Origin: Eledone cirrhosa
Lineage: Eukaryota
DNA length: 64,000 bases
Assembly (NCBI GenBank): GCA_964016885.1
Contig: OZ024740.1
Span: 299,584,001-299,648,000, forward strand
Direction: 5' to 3'
Shown one piece after another: positions 57,309 to 64,000 of this stretch. The translations under genes and the position numbers were made by a program. The stretch's first letter is position 1; the number at the start of each line of letters is the position of its first letter. Below the pieces are notes generated by a model, which was not told the DNA's origin, ran no database searches, and worked only from the letters and a program-made list of their open reading frames with translations.

Positions 57309-57768
57309 AATTATTAATTCCGTGTCTGTGCAATAGTTAAGGATCTGATAAGAGTATCTATTATTCTATTACTGTATTACGTGGTCCAGCGGACAGTTTG
57401 AGGCCATGCTGGGGTACCGCCATTCACTATGTATAAAAACCGTGTGAATCACCAATTCCAAACAAATAAATCAACTAAAAGCATATATGTTTCTTTGTGC
57501 GTGCATGTGCTCATCCTAAACGGACGCTAGTTCGTTTAGTAATATTGTTGTGGTCGTGTTTTCGTTGGCAACCGTCTGTTTACGACAGTACAGCGCGGCT
57601 CTACTTTAGTTAACTGAGATAAAACTTATATGAGCATGAACAGTAGATCATTACGCATCTTTTGGCTTAAAAATCTTGAAATTTGGTCCAGGTGGAAAAA
57701 GTTTATAATCAAAGTTTGCTGATAAATCTTGTGTTCAAGTGAGTGAGTAGTAAGCATGACGCTAGGGG

Positions 57769-57891
57769 AGGTAATCCAGAAATGACGAATTTTTTTCGGC
57801 GGAACTCTTGTGATTGTGATTACGTTAGTCAAATGTAGTCAAATCGCCGAATCCCCTCCTCCTAATTGACTACGTCATTTCTGAACGGCCT
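57769..57891. mobile_element. Small degenerate MITE (possibly PIF/Harbinger-like ends)
   Basis: Left AGGTAATCCAGAAATGACG versus the reverse complement of the right end, AGGCCGTTCAGAAATGACG. Confidence 0.45.
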
Positions 57892-58040
57892 ACTTGTGAA
57901 ACATTACTTCACTTTTCACTGGTAAAATGCTTTTTAAATACTTCGTTAAAAATTTATGTTTATTATCAAAGCTATTTTTTGTACCAATCTATCAATAGTT
58001 TGCGAAAATATAGGTAAACATGTGAGTTAAATTTTTTTTA

Positions 58041-58410
58041 GTCGCATCGATCGCTTTGTCGCATCGACTGTGACACTGTCTGACTGTCTGTCTGACTGAC
58101 ACCTTTGTCGGACCGACACCTTTGTTCAAGCGGACAACTTTGTGTCACTGACACCTTTGTTCGTGCCGGCATCTCTGCGAAACACCGATGACAACAACCA
58201 GACCAAAATTTCACTTAATTCTTCATTCTTCTTCAAGACCGATCGCCGACCGATCGCATCGGTTGCTCTTCATATACCAGGTATTCAACAGATAGTTTGC
58301 ACTTCTAGTATTATTAACAGTCGTGCGATTTTTTGTACCGATAGGTGCGAATAGTGCGCTATATTTTTGTACCGATAGATGCGAATAGTGCGATAGGTGC
58401 GAATAGTGTA
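58041..58410. repeat. GC-richer short tandem/dispersed repeats upstream of the SGNH gene
   Basis: GTCGCATCGA x2, GACACCTTTGT x3 plus one variant, and GATAG(G/A)TGCGAATAGTG x3. Confidence 0.75.
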
Positions 58411-58455
58411 CAATATTTTCTGAGATTTGCATCCACTAATTTCGCTTAATTAAAG

Positions 58456-59251
58456 ATGATGTTTCGCGGCTTTTTGATCGGCTTATTCATTTTTTCCATG
58501 GCACGGAAATGGAGTATTTCCATTTCGAATCAAAACTTTTCACTAAAATCGGGCAATTGGACTGATCAAATTCACATTCATGCCAGTTTTTACAAATCCA
58601 TAATTAGAAATGTGGCGAAATCGAATGACCAGAAGGTATAAAAATATTAATTCAAATGTATTTACTTATCATACCAACAAAAATACTTAGATATTTTGTA
58701 TACCTGGGGCCCGTCAGGGCCAGGTAATGTTAATCGCCAACATTGTTATCTGTTGTCCTTTTGTGAAAGTATTGGTGGTTCATGTCGGCTCTAATGATAT
58801 GAATCCTCGTCGCACTGTTGGCACTACAAAGCTGTGCAAAGTAATACAATAATTTTTGCCCAAGTATTTTTTATTAATCATTTATTTGTAAATTAAGGAC
58901 AAAGTGCCCATTCGAGGCACAAAACCGGAAAAACAGGGGAAGAGTCTCTTTGCAAGGCTACAGAATATAGCGGAAAAGCACCACTGTACACCCATTTTCT
59001 ACAGTGGTCTCATTCCACGTCCACAAAGTGTAATTGAAAATAAAAATGACTTGGGCAAGAGAAATTCTCGTTTGGAAAAGTTTAATAACTGGATGAAAGA
59101 AATGATTCAAAAATTGAACTTGCCCAATCTTCACAACATTGAAAATTGGTCAAAATTTCACAAATCTGACTTCAAACCAGATATGATTCATTTGAACAAT
59201 GTTAGAAATCTTAAATTGACACAAATTTTTGCCAATGTTTTTGCCACCTGA
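58456..59251 (+). CDS. Three-exon SGNH/GDSL hydrolase (esterase) gene, ~227 aa; exons 58456-58635, 58691-58840, 58898-59251
   Basis: Two GT-AG introns (55 and 57 bp), both phase 0, give one open frame of 684 nt. SGNH blocks occur in order: SIIRNV (block I, GD not conserved), IFCIPGA (II), VLVVHVGSND (III), YSGLIPR..FNNWM, and PDMIHLN (V, DxxH). AATAAA at 59289. Confidence 0.8.
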
Positions 59252-59431
59252 TCCTTGTTCTATGGCTGACTGACTAATTTTGTGACTTAATAAAATGTCA
59301 TCATACTAGTAATGCACAATGGTCATTTTTAAATTTAAATTTTATTAAATAGTTGTTGCTTGCATTGCATTAAAATAGTAACAAGAATGTACACATACTT
59401 TTTAAAAATACATCATTATCAGTCAAATCAG

Positions 59432-59891
59432 TCAAATGTCACTAAAAGCCAGGTGGTCGATAACAACTTCTATAAGATTAGTTACATGCTCACACATAGG
59501 ATCACCTCTCATCAATGGCATTGGGTGTCTAAGATAATCGTGGAGATAACTGATGAAGTCACAAATGAAGTGTTGGTCTTCCAGTGTGAACAACTCCCTA
59601 TATCCATTGATATATGTGATGGCTTCCGATTTATAGGTGCATTTTATGAGGAATTCCATGCATCCGATTTTCAGTGATTCAATGGGCATTTTATTAGAGA
59701 TGATAAGGTATTTGATCACGTTTTGCTTTGTAAGTAAATTGGAGAGAATCACTGCAGTCAAAGTCATTTCTTGCATGGGTTTTTGTCCATTCTAAAAAGT
59801 TAAAATGATAAAGTATTACTACTATATAACTTACATCTATTGTTGTAACACCATTGAAATGCACAAGTTTCACCAATTCACTATTATGCAC
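59432..59891 (-). CDS. Two-exon gene encoding a stand-alone BACK/SPOP-C-terminal-like helical domain; exons ~59891-59835 and 59791-59432; 5' start uncertain
   Basis: A 43-bp GTAAGT...TTTTTAG phase-0 intron (59834-59792) joins the two track ORFs in frame. LSNLLTKQNVIKYLIISNKMPIESLKIGCMEFLI...INGYREL resembles the post-BTB BACK helices. AATAAA on the minus strand at 59346-59341. Confidence 0.6.
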
Positions 59892-60063
59892 TAATCATCT
59901 CAAATGCATTCATGATTTACTAGCTTTGTCATTAAGCCAGTTGCCTCAACTAGATTGCAATTATACTCAAAACAACTTTAAAATGTCAATCACTTGTCAG
60001 TAATTCACTATGATCATTTAATTATTAGATAGTTGTTGCTTGCATTGTCTTAAAAAATAGTAG

Positions 60064-61127
60064 ACCAGATAGAAAAATGCGTACAGCAAAAAAAAGTAAT
60101 ATTGTTGGAATATAAACCTTTAAAAATACAGGACAAGAAACTAAAATAAAACTTTAAAAGAATAGGACAAGAAACTAAGATAAAACTTTAAAGTATTGGA
60201 CAAGAAATAAAAAAATTTACAATAATATTAGTGGCAACATTTTTTTATTCGTTTTCTGTGCTATGCCCCAGTATCTTCTTGATTAGTGCATAATAATTGT
60301 CATGCTCTCATTGTGCGTTGCCCCTGAGCGGTTGGTTCTGGTTGGGGTTGGTTGGCTGAGCAGTTCTGCTCCGTCAGAATGACCATTGCAAGAAGAATTG
60401 GCCGATGCAGCTGCAGGTCTCCTCCAACAATGCACTTCTGGTCCCGCAACACCAGACGAAGATGGAGAAGACGACCGGGACAAGATGTCGACTCTGACCA
60501 CCGACTACGGCACCTCCCTCAACCACCGGTCCTCCCTCCCTCCCTCTGTCCCGTCATCCCTCCAGTCCTCCTGCTCCCCCTTCCTGTACCAGAAAGCTGT
60601 GGCACGCATTCATCTGGACTGCCGGACTTGAACTCAAGGACAAGATGCAAGGAGAAGATGGACGGGTTGGTCAAGATCAAGGATGAGCGGGACGACAAGA
60701 CCGTCCGCTGCTGCTCAAGATCTGTTCTCATGGGCCCATGGGTCCATTCACATTATGCATGACACATGAGGCGTGTCGCCGAATGATGAAATAGGGGTAT
60801 GGTTATGGCCCAATTGGTGTTCAAACCAGGTTCAAATGATCCCCCGGTCTGACGACGACCTCTGAATGTGGAACCCAGAGCCTATGAATGTGGAACTGGA
60901 TTTTTTACCAATAAAACTTTTGCCACTAATATTATTGTAAACTTTTTTATTTCTTGTCCAATTCTTTAAAGTTTTATCTTAGTTTCTTGTCCTATTCTTT
61001 TAAAGTTTTATCTTAGTTTCTTGTCCTATTCTTTTAAAGTTTTATTTTAGTTTCTTGTCCTGTATTTTTAAAGGTTTATATTCCAACAATATTACTTTAT
61101 TTTGCTGTACGCATTTTTCTATCTGGT
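60064..61127. mobile_element. Foldback unit: long inverted repeats (60064-~60237 and ~60920-61127) enclosing a GC-rich degenerate coding segment
   Basis: The arms are near-identical reverse complements with internal ~33-bp tandem units (GGACAAGAAACTAAGATAAAACTTTAAAAGAATA; one more unit on the right). No TSD is evident. Confidence 0.75.
60352..60900 (+). pseudogene. GC-rich frameshifted ORF remnant of unknown function
   Basis: Overlapping open stretches in all three frames (e.g. ELADAAAGLLQQ..DEDGEDD, RKLWHAFIWTAGLELKDKM, EKMDGLVKIKDERDDK, PLLLKICSHGPMGPFTLCMTHEACRRMMK). AATAAA at ~60910. Confidence 0.35.
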
Positions 61128-62239
61128 ATATTTATGTATAAATACATACGCTCACAAACGTGCACACGCATGTACACGTTGGCTTACACACATGTGCATA
61201 TAGTTATGTATGATTACATACACACACAAGCGTGCACTCTCACTCGCACAAACACATGCAATCGTTCGCACACACATATATGTATATATATATATGATTG
61301 TTGGTGTATGTAAATGTAGAAATATTTACATATACTTATGTATGATTACATAAACTCAAAAACATGCACGCACACACACGCATTCCCACTTTGGCGAACA
61401 CACATATATATATATATATATACATATATGGTTGTAGATCTATGTGAATGTATAAATATGTTCATATACACTCACAAGCGTACACACACACACACACACT
61501 CATGAACTCGTTGTCTCACACATATATGTAAACACATATATGTTTGTAGATGTATGTAGATGTAGAAATATGTATATATGTTATAATACGTAGTATTTAC
61601 ATCCATACATGTATGTACATATCACTGTTTATAGAGGTACCGAGAAACGCTTGCTATTTATGGCACTAAGCCGATTGTCCTTGTATTTGTTGTTACATTT
61701 AGCGTAGAAATATTTCTATACTGGTAAAAAATATTAATTTATTTTCATTGTATGAGTTAGAGGGAAGACAAATGATGAATTCATTCAATGCGTATTCAGA
61801 GAAAAAGAAACGTTGTTTGATGAGTGGGGATTCTGGTAACATTTCTTACATAATGTTTTCAAAATAAACGGAAATTGAAGTCTGAAAGACGACTAAATTT
61901 ATCTATCCATGTTCATAACGTGGGAAATTATTTATGTACCACTATCTATCTATCTATTTGTCAATCTGGATATTTATCAAGCTCTCTCTTTCTTTCTCTC
62001 TCACTACCCCTCTCTCTTTCCCTATATATATATACATCTATGAAATGTATGCATGTATGTATGTGTGTGTTTGTATTTGTGTGTATGTGCGTTTTTGTTT
62101 GTGCGTGTATGCAAACATATATAAGCATTTATAACTCTGTATATTTATGTAATCTAAATCTAAATTTAAAAACGAAAGAAGACTAAATTTCTCTGTCCGT
62201 GTTCCCGAGAATATTTATGAATTCATATCAATCTATTTC

Positions 62240-62336
<97 letters not shown>

Positions 62337-62377
62337 CTTTCTTTATATATATACACAAAATTGTGCACAAACACACA

Positions 62378-62431
<54 letters not shown>

Positions 62432-62847
62432 TGTAATGTATATATATATGTATATTTATATGTATATATATATGTATATATATTTGTATGTACATAACTA
62501 TGTATATTTATTTAATCTAAATCTTTGCGCATTTGTATATGGGAGGCTAGGACAGATTTAGCTTAAGATAGAGAAAGGTGGTGGAAAGAGCAAAGTAAAA
62601 TAGAAAGAAGGAGAGAGAGAGTGAGGGATAGAGAGACTGAGAAGAAGAGAGGGTGAGAGAAAGATAGGGAGGGAACATCAGAAGGAATGAGAGAGTAATA
62701 GCTGAACAGCAAAAATCATATTGTAAGTAAACATGGTTTTCACTGTTTTTCTGTGAGTAATATCATATACTTGCCTCCCCCCAATCGTCTTTTAATCCTA
62801 CAGTGTGTGTGTATGTGTGTGTATGTGATATATATATATATATATAA

Positions 62848-62996
62848 GTTTATCCCGGGTTCAATCGGGGGTAATCACAGTAATTAAGGTACTCAATACA
62901 AAGCAGAGTATAAATATTTAATATAGAAAAGGCTTCCACGGGACAAGAACTGATGATTTCTCCCGAATGAAACAGTTCTAGTCCTGTAGAAGCCTT
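62848..62996. mobile_element. TA-flanked foldback pLTR fragment with a hammerhead core
   Basis: The hairpin GGCTTC..GGACAAGAACTG/CAGTTCTAGTCC..GAAGCC encloses CTGATGA..GAAAC..GTC. The minus-strand tail has TATTGAGTAC. Confidence 0.6.
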
Positions 62997-63019
62997 ATAT
63001 ATATATATATATATATATA

Positions 63020-63222
63020 TAACGAGGGAAATGTTGTAAGGAACCAGATGGACCATAACGCACCAAAGTACTCAATACTTAGATACTTAGGGTAGTAGAG
63101 TGGGTAATAGGAACGAGTAAGACCCTGACGGCTGAGCTCAAGCCGTTTCGACGGCTAATTGTGGACTAAATTAGCAGTCGAAACGGCTTGAGCTCAGCCG
63201 TCGGGGTCCTACTCGTTCCTAT
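63020..63222 (-). mobile_element. Foldback pLTR fragment, same family as 20060-20342
   Basis: Inverted arms at ~63108-63160 and ~63170-63222 contain GAA-ACGGCT(tgagctc)AGCCGT-C, i.e. a 6-bp stem III with GUC. Flanked by (TA)n. Confidence 0.75.
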
Positions 63223-63759
63223 ATATATATATAGAGAGAGAGAGAGAAAGAGAAAGAGAGAGAGAGGGGAGCGGGGAGAGAGTGGGTGGGTGTGAGATAG
63301 ATACATACATCCATAGATAGATTTATAGATAGATAGAGAGAGAATTACGGAGGGAGAGAGAACGAGAGAGCGACAATGAGGGAGAGAGAAAGAGAGAGAT
63401 AGCGAGACAGACGGAGATAGAAGGAAGGAGAGGTAGGTAGTGGGAAATAGAATAAGAGGGAAAGACTAAAGGAAGACGGAAGGAAAAATATGGTAATGTT
63501 CTAATTTAAAACAGAAAATGCTACATATTGTCATTTCAGAATATGAAAATGATAAATTTTCTCTTAATTAGAATTTTTTTACTTTCTCTATATTCGGTCA
63601 AGTATTCTCGCTATTTACTGCGGAAGATAACTGGAGTTCTTTTCCTTCATAAATTATGACTGGCTGAAGCTGTTTCTATTCGATATTTCGTGAAGTTTCG
63701 TTGAAGTCGTTGTTTTGGTTTGAGAAATAGACATATGTCGCTTCCAATACAGACGATTA

Positions 63760-64000
63760 CTTAATAAGAGGAAAAGAAGTAGGTGTAAAAGCCAAACTTG
63801 TTATCTTCAATTTGGTATTTGTGCCAACCCTTATGAATATTGGTTAATGACCGAAAGAAAGTGGCCACGAATACATGCGGCCGGAGTGGAGTTTCTTCGA
63901 AGGGTCTTTGAAGTAATTAGAGTAACGTTACTTGATGTAGTGTGTAGCTGGGAGATCAGAGAGTCACTCCAGGTAGAGCCGCTACTTCTCCAAATTGAGA
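63760..64000 (+). mobile_element. RTE-clade (Expander-like) LINE RT fragment running off the window
   Basis: KAKLVIFNLVFVPTL / LMTERKWPRIHAAGVEFLRRV / SWEIRESLQVEPLLLQIE. Confidence 0.8.

Noticed and set aside
58724-58769. Possible extra intron (CAG|GTAATG) in the SGNH gene
   Set aside because: The segment is open, in frame, and needed for normal spacing between blocks II and III; splicing to the nearby AG would shift the frame.
59792-59834. Apparent BTB-like stretch IDVSYIVVILYHFNFLEW in ORF 59694..59891
   Set aside because: Most of it is a canonical GTAAGT...TTTTTAG intron whose removal restores the frame, so the BTB resemblance is probably coincidental.

Overview
AT-rich, microsatellite-saturated eukaryotic DNA. 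The repeat content suggests a coleoid cephalopod such as Octopus (inference), and most of the window is intronic or intergenic. Almost all ORFs in the supplied track are microsatellite artefacts. The supported content is: (1) a head-to-head pair of Penelope-like retroelements at 1-4140 (Naiad-type, RT + GIY-YIG), each with a hammerhead ribozyme in its pseudo-LTR; (2) about 9 complete and about 8 partial or degenerate type I hammerhead motifs in short Penelope-like fragments, mostly in or beside (TA)n/(CA)n tracts and often with 5' inversions; (3) about 25 copies of a tRNA-derived SINE that inserts at ATTAT sites and builds tandem and inverted arrays, and whose 3' end resembles that of a Tx1/L1-clade LINE inserted in one array; (4) RTE LINE remnants and MITEs; (5) a compact, foreign-looking island at ~57970-61127. 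The island holds a three-exon SGNH-hydrolase gene and a convergent stand-alone BACK-like gene, both with tiny 43-57 bp phase-0 introns, plus a GC-rich degenerate ORF bracketed by ~170-200 bp inverted repeats. All calls come from manual reading; no database searches were run.
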